Positions 42,840-53,141 of a DNA stretch of 64,000 nucleotides are shown one piece after another. The position numbers and the translations under genes are program-made. A model generated the notes under the pieces. It had not been told where the DNA came from. It worked only from the letters and a program-made list of their open reading frames with translations, and made no database searches. Positions within the stretch are counted from its first letter, which is position 1. Every line of letters starts with the position of its first letter. The stretch is from IMG/VR virus record IMGVR_UViG_3300035661_000001, positions 62,001 to 126,000 of that record, one strand, 5' to 3'.

Positions 42840-43437
42840 GCAAGCTTTGAAACTTATCCGTCAGCTAAATTGCCAATTTATGCCCATGATTGGAAAAGAA
42901 ATTGGTTTTGGCGGGGCTGATGGCGAAGTATTCGAGATCCAAGGGGATCCAAATAAAGTTATTAAATGCGCAGTAATTTACGAATATTTCATTCCTGTTA
43001 ACCAGGAAATTGAAAGAATTGAAAACGTTGCTCGCCATCTAATTAATACTTGTCCACGTGCGTATGTGCGTGTACATGCGTTCGAAACTGTAACGCAATT
43101 TATTAGAAAAACTGTTTCAGGAAATCAGAAATATTTTCTATATTATTACATCATGGATAAATGTTTCAAAATTTCTGAAGACGAGAAAAAAGTATTTCAC
43201 AGTATTTTATCTAACGAGGATAGAAATCTCAATAAAAATTATCCTCTAAATAAAATAACTTCTATGCTTACAGGTATGAGTATGGGCTTAGAATTTGATT
43301 TGAAAAAAGTTTTAAGTTTTTGCCAAGCAATTCAAAATTCTGAAATTGATAATACGGATATCAATCCAAGAAACATTATGAAAAATTCGGACGGCGAATT
43401 CAAATTAATAGATTTCGACCGATCATCATTACGATAA
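42838..43437 (+). CDS. Protein kinase-like fold protein
   Basis: 'IGFGGADGEVF', 'VIK', 'DINPRNIM', 'LIDFD'. Confidence 0.7.
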   Translation: MQALKLIRQLNCQFMPMIGKEIGFGGADGEVFEIQGDPNKVIKCAVIYEYFIPVNQEIERIENVARHLINTCPRAYVRVHAFETVTQFIRKTVSGNQKYFLYYYIMDKCFKISEDEKKVFHSILSNEDRNLNKNYPLNKITSMLTGMSMGLEFDLKKVLSFCQAIQNSEIDNTDINPRNIMKNSDGEFKLIDFDRSSLR

Positions 43438-43482
43438 CAATCCGTCAAAAACATTACTAAATAACTTTAGGAGCCATAATTA

Positions 43483-43899
43483 ATGAGCAACCATGTAGAA
43501 ACAATATTAGATAGTTTAGTCGGAATTTACGGCGCCACTGATGAAATTTTGAATGAATGGAATGGTGAGGGTAATCTTCAATTTCCTACATTATTCGGTA
43601 TGATGGCAATCAAAATGGGCTGGGGAGATAAAGAAGTTCGCGAGGCGGATCCAATTATCAGATACTATATCAGGAGACATCCTGAGTGGCATGTTACCCG
43701 TGGTGCTCATGGTGGAATTATGAGAATCTCTGATAAACAAAAAAAAGAAGAAGCCAAATCAGCAAAAAATTCTGTTAAGAAACAATTACAGATAGCACTT
43801 GAAGCAAAAGTTCAGGCGATGATGAATAAACCTGTGCTATCTAAAATCATAGAAGAGATCAACGACTCTGATGATAATGATCTATTTTCTGATAGGTAA
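43483..43899 (+). CDS. Hypothetical protein, winged-helix-like
   Basis: 'VTRGAHGGIMR' similar to 20925-21275. Confidence 0.5.
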   Translation: MSNHVETILDSLVGIYGATDEILNEWNGEGNLQFPTLFGMMAIKMGWGDKEVREADPIIRYYIRRHPEWHVTRGAHGGIMRISDKQKKEEAKSAKNSVKKQLQIALEAKVQAMMNKPVLSKIIEEINDSDDNDLFSDR

Positions 43900-44029
43900 T
43901 TTTGATATTAATTTTTTATCTGATCCACAGAGAGATAACCTTCCCCCTATAGATCCCCCAAGTTTTTGTCGAGAGAAGTTAGGTAAACTTGTTGATAATT
44001 GTTTTTAATATTAGACAGGCTCCTCAAAA

Positions 44030-44123
44030 TATGCCCCGGCGGTAACAGCATAGTTAGCAATTTTATGGATTGTAATGAATGTTATAATTTGATTGCTATA
44101 CCGGCTGCGTGGCTCGGGGCATA
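44030..44123. ncRNA. Candidate structured intergenic RNA (long hairpin)
   Basis: TATGCCCCG/CGGGGCATA outer stem and TAGCAAT/ATTGCTA inner stem. Confidence 0.35.
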
Positions 44124-44185
44124 GACACAACTAATAGATTGTTATAAATTGTCTGGTAAACTTTACGTTATGGAAAGTGATTAAA

Positions 44186-44704
44186 ATGAAAAAAATATTA
44201 GCACTGGTCGCGGCTTTAGGATTAACAGCATGCCAGGCTTCTGTAAAAGCAAAGACACCTGCGCACGTGGATGTGTCTAAACCTGAAGTAGTATCTGTTG
44301 TAGAAGAAACCGTTGATCAAAAAATATCATTTGATAAGTTGACAATTACAATTCCTGTTGGGTGGATTAAATTAGGAGTTGGAGAAAATATTGCAGCTTA
44401 TGCTTCTAGCCACAAGAAGTTTAAAGTTTTGATGACTAAAGAAAATTGCCCTGATTTTACTCTATGCATGGTATCAGTCATGCACAGTATGCAAGAAGCT
44501 GAGGCGACTATTGAAACAATAAAAGTTACAACTTCCCCTCATGGAAATGAAGTTTTGATCGTATCTTTTAAAGATGACATAAAGATCTATTCATGGTTTA
44601 CTATTAGTGGTGATGATGTTTACATGATTGCATGTGGTGGAGAAAATGGTTTGCCAGCACAAGAAATCTGTAATTCAATTCATGATTCAATTATTATTAA
44701 ATAA
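44186..44704 (+). CDS. Putative lipoprotein
   Basis: Lipobox LTAC. Confidence 0.6.
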   Translation: MKKILALVAALGLTACQASVKAKTPAHVDVSKPEVVSVVEETVDQKISFDKLTITIPVGWIKLGVGENIAAYASSHKKFKVLMTKENCPDFTLCMVSVMHSMQEAEATIETIKVTTSPHGNEVLIVSFKDDIKIYSWFTISGDDVYMIACGGENGLPAQEICNSIHDSIIIK

Positions 44705-45597
44705 TGGATAAAATTCTTTTAATTGATGGTCATAATGCGTTACATCGCGCAAACACTACATTCACATTCAAGAAACATACTAATCAAGTCGCTGATGAAT
44801 TTAAATGTGAATGCGGTGGAGAATGGATTGATGGAAAATGTTCAGAAGAACCTAATCCAGAATTTATTCCTATTTACAATTTTTTCAGAAATCTCCGCCC
44901 GATAATTGAATTGTTTGCTCCTGAGAAATGTTTTTTTGTATTAGAGGGGCATCCACAATTTAGATTTGATTTGTTCGCCGGATATAAAGCTAGTCGTTTT
45001 GTAAAGTATGCTTCTAAAAAAGAAGAATTAAATAAGTTCTTTAAATATAAAGACAGAGTAGTTGATTTATTAAAATATTTACCAATTACTATTTGTCGAG
45101 CAGAAAAATATGAATGTGATGATGTTATTGGCGCTTTATCAGAAAATTTGAAAGATGAAGATTTAGTAATTCTAAGTAACGATTCAGATTTTATTCAAAT
45201 CTTACAACGCGGATATAAGCATTGTAGAATTTATAATCCAATTAAAAAAACATTCATGGAACCGCCAGCATATCATTACATTGGTTGGAAATCCTTGAAT
45301 GGTGATAAGTCAGATGATATTCCCTCACTTTTAACTCCTAAAAAAGCATTAGATGCTATTTCTTCTCCAGAAAAATTAAAGAAGTTTTTGTCTTTAGAAG
45401 AAAATCGAGCGAATTTTAATATCAATCGTCAGCTGATAGAATTCCTACCAGTACCAGAAGAAGATATAGAATTTCGTGAAGGGCAATCTGAATTTGATAA
45501 ATTGAAAGAAGAATTTGTTCAAATGAAGTTTGAAACCATTACCAATGATAAATCTTGGGAGCGCTACAAAAATACTTTCAATTGTATTAAATATTAA
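44704..45597 (+). CDS. 5'-3' exonuclease / flap endonuclease (T4 RNase H-like)
   Basis: 'LLIDGHN', 'YKASR', 'ECDDVIG', 'SNDSDFIQ', 'GDKSDDIP'. Confidence 0.9.
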   Translation: MDKILLIDGHNALHRANTTFTFKKHTNQVADEFKCECGGEWIDGKCSEEPNPEFIPIYNFFRNLRPIIELFAPEKCFFVLEGHPQFRFDLFAGYKASRFVKYASKKEELNKFFKYKDRVVDLLKYLPITICRAEKYECDDVIGALSENLKDEDLVILSNDSDFIQILQRGYKHCRIYNPIKKTFMEPPAYHYIGWKSLNGDKSDDIPSLLTPKKALDAISSPEKLKKFLSLEENRANFNINRQLIEFLPVPEEDIEFREGQSEFDKLKEEFVQMKFETITNDKSWERYKNTFNCIKY

Positions 45598-46288
45598 CAT
45601 GTTTCCATGTTTTACCATGATAAATGCTTGATACTGTACTTTTAGTTATTAAGAACTGCTTGGCAATTTCTATTTGTTTGACACCTATTTTTAATAGGGT
45701 TTTTATTTCTTTTACTTGCTCTTCGGTAAGTACCGAATTTTTATTTTTAGAACCAGAATTGGATGCGCTGATTTTTTTCCTTGATTCTATTGAATGTATT
45801 TGTTGTCCTAATTTGTATCCCGGGTGACCCAAATTAGATTTAGATATTTTTGCTCTTGTTTCATTAGTATGAGTTTTGCCATAAAATGGATTATTTGTTC
45901 CAGAATGTTTATTTTTCATACTTTTAGAAATGAGATTTTTTGTCTCTTCTGTGTGTTGAAACTGTTTGCCACCACTTAATAAGTTATATCCATTTAAAAT
46001 AGAATCAAAAATTGTTATGAAAAATTCTTCTAACACGAAAGAATGATTTTCATTTTCTGTCACACACAGAAGTTCTACAGAAAAATTAGATTTGCCATAT
46101 TTTTTGATGGCGTTAGTTAATTTCCTGCAACCAGGTGCAGAGCGACGTATACTAGTTAAATGTTCTTTAAATCTTTTTTGTATATGTTTGTATGTTCTTC
46201 CAATATATAATTTGGAATTTAAAACATTTTTTATTACGTATATTTTATAAAGCATAAAATAATGATACGATATTGATATAAATATGTG
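45587..46288 (-). mobile_element. GIY-YIG homing endonuclease with NUMOD3 repeats
   Basis: 'KIY.IKN..N.KLYIG.T', 'HTEETK..IS', 'NPFYGKTH'. Confidence 0.88.
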
Positions 46289-46638
46289 CAAACATGAAAT
46301 AAATATGTTCACACATTCAATTGTTTGAAGTATTGACCTATGAAATATAAAGTCGGCGATTGGGTAATATGTGAGGTGGAAACCTTTTCTGACAAGAAAA
46401 GAAAACTAAATCTGACAACTCCCAAAAAAGATTCTACAATCGAGCAATTAAGTTTTCCAATCGTAGCTGTTGATAAAAGTATGGAAACCTACAAGCTCGT
46501 AATTGATTATGATATGACAGGTTGGGAGATCAGTCAATTTCATATAAAATATCAAAATGTCGACAAGAAGTATTTAGGAAAAAGGTTTTACGACATTACC
46601 GAGGCTTTGGTTATTGACTCGGGAAAGAAGAGAGAGAT

Positions 46639-47014
46639 ATGAGGAAATTTGTTATTCGGTATTCTAAACAGGATACACTTATTATGGAAGCCGAAGTAGA
46701 AAAAATTCTGGGAGTAGAAGATTTAGCAGTTATGTTTTTACCGCCTGGTGAATTTAAAGGAAGAGTATTAAAACCTGAATCTTTTATGAAAAAGATAAAT
46801 TTGGAAAATTAGTTCCCCAACATGGTACTCTCATGCGTTTTTTGATAATGTTGAATTAGCAATGGCTCGCTTACGCTCAGATGCCGAGTTCGGTTATTTT
46901 AAATCTAAAGCTGTAGAAGCTTACAAATTAGGTTTAGAATTAAAAATTGATGAAACGGAAATGAAATTAAAAGCAGAAGAAATTTTGAGTGAAGTGAAAG
47001 TGATATATCTTTAG
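46639..47014 (+). CDS. Hypothetical protein with frameshift(s) near 46790-46820
   Basis: Two overlapping open frames join across A/C runs. Confidence 0.4.
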
Positions 47015-47037
47015 ATAATATTGAGCGGTGATGTTAA

Positions 47038-47646
47038 ATGAAAGTATTTATTATTGGTTTGCCTGGCGCCGGAAAAACAACGGCAGCTAAAAATATGTGT
47101 GAAAAATTAGGTTCAATATATTTGGACCCTGACGCATGTATTAGGCATACTTTTAGAGAGCCAAACGAAAACGAATCTATTCAACAATATATGGATTTGT
47201 ACAATGAATATATTAATCAAAGACTAGTAATTGATCCTGATTTAATAATCAAATCAATTACTGATATTATCAAAGTTCACCCAATCATATATGGTTCAGA
47301 AAATGATCAATTTATAATTGATGGAATTTCTAATCCAAGAGATTTTATTCAATTGTTTGATTACACAAAAGATTTAGTAGTGTTTTTAAATCGTATGGAT
47401 AATGAAATGGAATATAGAGGAGTTCAGAATATTTCTCTTTCTGTTATGAAAGATTATTGTTTGTGGTTAGCCAGCTCAAATCTTTTATCTAAAGATAGAT
47501 GGTTTGAATTCAATTTTACTATTCCCGGAGATGAAAAACAAGACCTGGTTAAAAAAGCAGGTTTTCATAATACAGTCATTCTAGCTCGTTCTTTTAAAAG
47601 AGTAATTTCTTCATTGGAGGAAATTTTACATAAGTACCAGGCATGA
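47038..47646 (+). CDS. P-loop nucleotide kinase-like protein
   Basis: 'IIGLPGAGKTT', 'IIDG...P'. Confidence 0.7.
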   Translation: MKVFIIGLPGAGKTTAAKNMCEKLGSIYLDPDACIRHTFREPNENESIQQYMDLYNEYINQRLVIDPDLIIKSITDIIKVHPIIYGSENDQFIIDGISNPRDFIQLFDYTKDLVVFLNRMDNEMEYRGVQNISLSVMKDYCLWLASSNLLSKDRWFEFNFTIPGDEKQDLVKKAGFHNTVILARSFKRVISSLEEILHKYQA

Positions 47647-47707
47647 AATTGAAGATCATTGGGTTGATGATATAAATAGAATGAATTATTAACCCAATGA
47701 GAGTCCT

Positions 47708-48613
47708 GTGATTGATAAATTAATTAAACCTCCCTATCCATATTTCGGATCTAAAAAAAGAGTAATCAAAGATGTTTGGTCAAGATTTGGAGAAATTGAG
47801 AATTTTATTGAGCCTTTTGCGGGCTCTTTAGCTATTTTGCTTGGGAATCCTAATATTCCAAAAATAGAAACATCTAATGATGCCGATTGTATGATTCCTA
47901 ATTTTTGGAGAGCCGTCGCCGCAGATGCTGAAAAAGTTGCCGAACATGCAGATTATCCAGTATTGGAAGCTGATTTACATGCAAGACATAGATGGTTAAT
48001 ATCACCAGAAGCAGAGGAATTTAAATATAAAATCAATCATGATCCTAATTTTTACGATGTAAAAATTGCTGGTTGGTGGGTCTGGGGAATGAACGCATCA
48101 TTAGGAATTACTTTTTGCAAACAACGGGGTTTGAATTGCAAACCATTTTTATCTATGGTTGGTCAAGGAGTTACTACTCCAACCGTTGATATCTTAGAGT
48201 GGTTTAAGATTCTGCAAAATAGAATGAAAAAAGTAAGAATATGTTGTGGTGATTGGAGTAGAGTTGTAACTCCCGCTGTAACATATAAGAATAAAAGTTT
48301 AACTAAAAAGGGTATGGTCGGAGTCTTTCTTGATCCACCATATTTAGTGGAAAACAGAGAAGACAAATTATATAGAATTGAAACAAATGTTTTTCTAGAT
48401 GTTTGTAAATGGGCGATTGATAATGGATCAAATCCTAAAATGAGAATCGCCGTCTGTGGTTATGACGGCGATTTTGAATTCCCAAATGATTGGGAGGCAT
48501 TTAATTGGCAAACTGGTGGTGGTTTTTCTTCTTTTGCAAAAGAAGAAGAGCGAGGCAAAATTAACTCCAAGAAAGAAGTTATTTGGTTCTCGCCCCAGTG
48601 TTTGAAAATTTAA
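47708..48613 (+). CDS. DNA adenine methyltransferase (D12 class), paralog 1
   Basis: 'PYFGSK', 'EPFAGS', 'FLDPPY'. Confidence 0.9.
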   Translation: MIDKLIKPPYPYFGSKKRVIKDVWSRFGEIENFIEPFAGSLAILLGNPNIPKIETSNDADCMIPNFWRAVAADAEKVAEHADYPVLEADLHARHRWLISPEAEEFKYKINHDPNFYDVKIAGWWVWGMNASLGITFCKQRGLNCKPFLSMVGQGVTTPTVDILEWFKILQNRMKKVRICCGDWSRVVTPAVTYKNKSLTKKGMVGVFLDPPYLVENREDKLYRIETNVFLDVCKWAIDNGSNPKMRIAVCGYDGDFEFPNDWEAFNWQTGGGFSSFAKEEERGKINSKKEVIWFSPQCLKI

Positions 48614-48777
48614 TCTAACGTTTTTGATAATAAATCATCAATTGCCTGATCCCAGACTTGATCAAATACTTTATCAGCAAATACCTCAGCTTCTGATTCT
48701 GGAACCCCAGGATTAGTTTCTGGGGTTTTTGTTTGTGATATTTTTTTCAATAGTAATAGTCTTTGTTTTGAATTCAT
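48610..48777 (-). CDS. 55-aa protein coupled to the 674-aa gene (not in ORF track)
   Basis: ATGA overlap with the upstream stop; MNSKQRLLLLKKISQT... Confidence 0.55.
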   Translation of the reverse strand: MNSKQRLLLLKKISQTKTPETNPGVPESEAEVFADKVFDQVWDQAIDDLLSKTLD

Positions 48778-50798
48778 AATTCCACGCTTTCATAAGTAAC
48801 AGAACCATCTTCGTGAATTTTTCTGTGAAGAATTTCTCCAGACTCTGGATCAATTTTCTCTTCACCCACATCTTCTTCTCCTGCAACATCTACCGGAGCC
48901 TGAGACGCTTGAGGAGATTTAGTATTTAATAAGTTATGAAGATATGAAACGGCATTTCTAATATAATTTATTTGAGTTGCATATGGATTTTTATATGAAA
49001 GTCCTGAAGGGTACCCTTCTGTATTAGTTCCGCGTGGACCAATTGGTTTAATATCTATGCTTGTCAAACGATTTGCAACAGCTTCACCATTTGCCATTAC
49101 AGATTTAATAGCTGCTACATCAAATTCGTTTAAAATAGGTTTATCTTCTATTTTTAATCTTTTCAAATCTTCTAATTGATTTTTAAAAGTATGAACGGGG
49201 CGACTAATTCTTACGCTCAAAACAAATTGTGAAAACTCTGGCATCAAATGCATATGCTCTTTAACAGCTTGTCTTAATCTTTGAACAGCAGTTAACATAG
49301 ATGTTTTGTCTTGTTTTTTCGTAGCATCTGCAACAGCGTCCAATAATGGTTTAAATACTGTTTTGTGCTCTTCTTTAATTTTTTTATTTTTAGAACCAAC
49401 TAATCTATCTTTAGCAGTTTTTCTTTCAGCTAACATTGCTTTAGATAAATTGTCGATAAATCCATCTAATCTCATGCCAATCCAATTACGTGCACCAGGA
49501 ATATTTTGGACAGTATATCTTCCAAGACCGGCTTCTTCACGCGCTTTTTGTAATGCGTCAGTGACTTCTATTTTTTGCATTTTAACGCCGGTTTCTTTTG
49601 CTTTCATTTTATTCCAATCTTTGATTGGAATTTTCTTAGCAGAAGCGTCTTCAATATTTTTTAATAGTTTTTCATAAGTGGCTCTACCAACTTCTGTTGC
49701 GCTCATACCAGGCAACCAAGCTAATAATTGTCTTCGAGCTTTTGTTTCAGCTCCTTTATTTTTATCTTCACTACGCATTGTTTTTAGCAACAATAATTTG
49801 TGTTGAAGAATCATTTTTTCTTTTGGATTTTTTTCAGCTTGATATTCTTTTAATAACTGATCGCTTTGACGAGTCAGCATATCATTACGAATTCCTGCCT
49901 TATCCGCAATCATAGATTTTTTGGCAACTGCGATTTGTCTCTCAACTTCGCCCAATTTAGTTCTATCTTCTTCATCATCAGCAATTTGAAGTTTTTCTTC
50001 AAACATATTTTTTGAAGCAGTTAATTGTTTTAATCTATCCAAAGTAGCAATAAGATTTCTTTTCTTTTCTGCAACTCGTGGATTTTTTTCTTCGGGTAAT
50101 TCATCTAGATATCTTTGTTTTTCGGTTTCATAAGCTTTAATCCAATCTTTATATGTTCTTCCATCTTTGGAATAACCTCTACCGAAACCTTTACCCGCTT
50201 CTTCCATTCCAACGCCGCCGGACATATCGAAAACCCCTTTGGCATTTTCATCCCAAACATTTTCTCCGCCAGCTAAAGTTCTCTCTCTATCAGCTACATC
50301 ATATTGATCTTTGACCTGATTGATTGCTTTTACAGCTGCGTCGCTATCTCCTTTATTAAAACCACCGCCAGAAGCTTTTGCTCTTTTCGCAGCATCATCG
50401 CCGATTTCACCTAAAGCATCGACCATTTGATTTGCAGGATTATCTTCATCATCTGGATCGTCAAGATCAATTAAATTCAAAGCATTACTAACAGCTTTTT
50501 TGACAGCATTAAAACCGTCATTCAAAGATAAAGCTTTTTTATACATGTCAGAAATTAATAATGCTTCTGAAACAAGAGAAGGATCTCTAATGACTCGTGC
50601 TAGTCCTTCAATTTTATTTGTTAATTCATTTCCAGAATCACTTCTAGCTGCAGGGCTTTCTTCATCCTCCTCATCATCGTTCATAGTCCAAACGGATGGT
50701 TCAGCTGCAATTTTGCTCAATTTATAGTCAGCCAATGCAGTATGATAAAAGCTGTCTATTTTTTTAAATAATTTGTTAAGATTTGACATGGATACCAT
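48774..50798 (-). CDS. Large helical acidic/basic protein, possible internal virion protein
   Basis: 674-aa ORF, N-terminal '...YKLSKIAAE' leader, coiled-coil-like composition. Confidence 0.65.
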   Translation of the reverse strand: MVSMSNLNKLFKKIDSFYHTALADYKLSKIAAEPSVWTMNDDEEDEESPAARSDSGNELTNKIEGLARVIRDPSLVSEALLISDMYKKALSLNDGFNAVKKAVSNALNLIDLDDPDDEDNPANQMVDALGEIGDDAAKRAKASGGGFNKGDSDAAVKAINQVKDQYDVADRERTLAGGENVWDENAKGVFDMSGGVGMEEAGKGFGRGYSKDGRTYKDWIKAYETEKQRYLDELPEEKNPRVAEKKRNLIATLDRLKQLTASKNMFEEKLQIADDEEDRTKLGEVERQIAVAKKSMIADKAGIRNDMLTRQSDQLLKEYQAEKNPKEKMILQHKLLLLKTMRSEDKNKGAETKARRQLLAWLPGMSATEVGRATYEKLLKNIEDASAKKIPIKDWNKMKAKETGVKMQKIEVTDALQKAREEAGLGRYTVQNIPGARNWIGMRLDGFIDNLSKAMLAERKTAKDRLVGSKNKKIKEEHKTVFKPLLDAVADATKKQDKTSMLTAVQRLRQAVKEHMHLMPEFSQFVLSVRISRPVHTFKNQLEDLKRLKIEDKPILNEFDVAAIKSVMANGEAVANRLTSIDIKPIGPRGTNTEGYPSGLSYKNPYATQINYIRNAVSYLHNLLNTKSPQASQAPVDVAGEEDVGEEKIDPESGEILHRKIHEDGSVTYESVEL

Positions 50799-50845
50799 TT
50801 TATTTTAATCCCAAAGAGTTTGAGGGCTATAGTTATTATATAGTT

Positions 50846-51535
50846 TTATTGATTGTGTCTAGTTCGATAAATACCATCTAAAACGTTTTGTTTGGCTGAA
50901 TATGGTCGCAAATTTTCCAAAGCCCAACATTTTTTGAAATTATCATCTTGTATTGAATCATATTTAAATATTGATTGGGGGATAATATGATCTATTTGCC
51001 ATGTCCATGTAGACGACTCATCCTCATTCCAGGATTTTAAATATCTACCATGATTATTCCAAGTCATCCATGGTTCAAATTGAGATTCTAAATGTTGTTT
51101 TAATTCATCTAGTGTATATGGAAGATATTTTAAAAGTGATTCTCTTTTTTTCTTTTTGAAAGTCGCATGTAAATATGCCGATATAACTATTCTTAATTTA
51201 TAATTAGGTTCAGTTATGAATCTTTCAATCGCTCTTTTTCTATCAGTTTCACGTATTTTTTCTTTGTTGTCTTGTCTGTACTTTAAAATTTTTTCTTTAT
51301 TTTTTTGAAAATATTCTTTGCCCCAGTCTTGAATTTGTTTTTTTAATCGTTGTTTATATTCTTTATTTTTTAATTTAGTTTTATCAGTTTTTTTGTACTG
51401 TTTGAATTTTTCTAAATTTGTTGTTCTGTAGTTTTTATTGTATATTTTAATACAAGATTTACATCGTTTTTTATTTTTATAATTATTAAATTCAGATTCT
51501 TCTTTTTCTTGATTACAAAATGTACACAGTGACAT
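50846..51535 (-). mobile_element. Putative HNH homing endonuclease
   Basis: 'C.FC...K', 'L..HLESQF', 'WQIDHIIP', 'CWALENLRP'. Confidence 0.8.
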
Positions 51536-51559
51536 ATATGCCTCTAAGAGAGATATATC

Positions 51560-52450
51560 ATGAAAATTCCTTTCAGTTGGTTTGGTGGAAAACGTAAAAT
51601 TGCAAGTATAGTTTGGTCGGGACTAGGTGAAGTTTCTAATTATGTAGAGCCTTTTGCTGGTTCTTTAGCCGTTCTCTTAGCTGCTCCCCAAATTCCTAAA
51701 ATTGAAACTATAAATGATTTAGATTGTGGTTTGGCTAATTTTTGGAGATCTGTGTCATTTTCTTCAGAAGAAGTAGCTAAATGGGCAGACTGTCCAGTTA
51801 ATGAAACAGAATTACACGCCCGTCATAAATGGTTAATTGAAAGATTAACTATTGACTTTCGTCAGAAAATGGATTCCGATCCAGATTTTTATGATGCTAG
51901 AATGGCTGGATATTGGATTTGGGGACAGGGCGCTAGTGTTGGTAACAATTGGCTACAACCAAAAGGGGTAAAAGCTTTACCCCTTTTGTCCTCAGCCGGT
52001 GGTGGTATTCATGGGTTAACATATAATATTCAAGAAGATTTCAAAAAATTACAAACCAGACTACGTAGAGTAAGAGTTGCTTGTGGTGATTGGACCAGGG
52101 TAGTGACCCCAGGAATAACTCATGCTTCTAAAGGATTAGGAGATAAGGACATTACTGGAGTATTTTTGGACCCTCCTTATGAGGCAAGTGTTCGAGATAA
52201 AGTTTATAAGGAAGATAAAGATATATTTAAACAAGTTTGTCAATGGGCAATAGATAATGGTGATAATAAACGTATGAGAATTGTTTTATGCGGCTATGAA
52301 GGCGATCATGGCATTCCTGAAACCTGGCAAACTTTTTCTTGGAAAACTGGCGGAGGCATGTCAGCATTAGGAAATGGTAGAGGAAAAGATAATGCTAGTA
52401 AAGAAGTTATATATTTTTCTCCTCACTGTTTGAAAGTTAATATAATATGA
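51560..52450 (+). CDS. DNA adenine methyltransferase (D12 class), paralog 2
   Basis: 'WFGGK', 'EPFAGS', 'FLDPPY'; collinear with 47708-48613. Confidence 0.9.
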   Translation: MKIPFSWFGGKRKIASIVWSGLGEVSNYVEPFAGSLAVLLAAPQIPKIETINDLDCGLANFWRSVSFSSEEVAKWADCPVNETELHARHKWLIERLTIDFRQKMDSDPDFYDARMAGYWIWGQGASVGNNWLQPKGVKALPLLSSAGGGIHGLTYNIQEDFKKLQTRLRRVRVACGDWTRVVTPGITHASKGLGDKDITGVFLDPPYEASVRDKVYKEDKDIFKQVCQWAIDNGDNKRMRIVLCGYEGDHGIPETWQTFSWKTGGGMSALGNGRGKDNASKEVIYFSPHCLKVNII

Positions 52451-53013
52451 ATGAAGATAATGAAGACGTAGAGATAGTATTTTTGGAAATGGAAGAAAAT
52501 GTTGGAAATACTTTATTTTCTTTACAGCAAGATTTAAGTAAAATTAGTCTCGGGCGAGCGCAATCAGATATTTTCGATTTGATTAAAGTAGAATATTATG
52601 GTAACATGACATCATTGCCACACATGTCAGTGGTATCTGTAATTGATTATAATAAAGTTTCAATTGAACCATATGAAAAATCTTCACTTAAAAGTATTGA
52701 AAAGGCACTTAATGGAAGTAGTTTAGATTTTAGTACCCAGGTCCAAGGAAATTTGATTAATGTTTACTTCCCTCTAGTAACTATAGAGCGTAGAGATAAA
52801 TTAATTAAATTGGTAAGACAATACGGTGAAAAAGCTAAAGTAGCTATTAGAAGTGTTCGTCGTACGGCTATTGATGGTATTGAGGGACTAGGTCTTGGAA
52901 AAGATATTTCTAGCGATGCCATTAGGAAAATTGAAGCTTTCATCAAAAAAGCTGTAAAAAATATTGAGGATTTAACGGAATCCAAAAGTAAAAAACTTCA
53001 CGATATGAGATGA
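52447..53013 (+). CDS. frr: Ribosome recycling factor
   Basis: 'GRA', 'IKVEYYG', 'I.PYEK', 'IEKA', 'ERR..L.K', 'E.AKVAIRSVRR'. Confidence 0.9.
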   Translation: MNEDNEDVEIVFLEMEENVGNTLFSLQQDLSKISLGRAQSDIFDLIKVEYYGNMTSLPHMSVVSVIDYNKVSIEPYEKSSLKSIEKALNGSSLDFSTQVQGNLINVYFPLVTIERRDKLIKLVRQYGEKAKVAIRSVRRTAIDGIEGLGLGKDISSDAIRKIEAFIKKAVKNIEDLTESKSKKLHDMR

Positions 53014-53141
53014 TAATTTTATGAATGTAAAACAAATCCTGTGCCATTTATTTACCGTAGGGAAGCATTATCCAGAAAGTCATCATCTTCATGAAGATTG
53101 TTGGAACGATTAGTAGACATTTTCTGTGATATACATTTAGT

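Noticed and set aside
28161-53013. Window is a bacterial (e.g. CPR) chromosome because of synthetases and RRF
   Set aside because: No ribosomal protein or housekeeping operons; truncated synthetases, high endonuclease density and strings of tiny orphans fit a huge phage better, though hallmark virion genes are outside the window.
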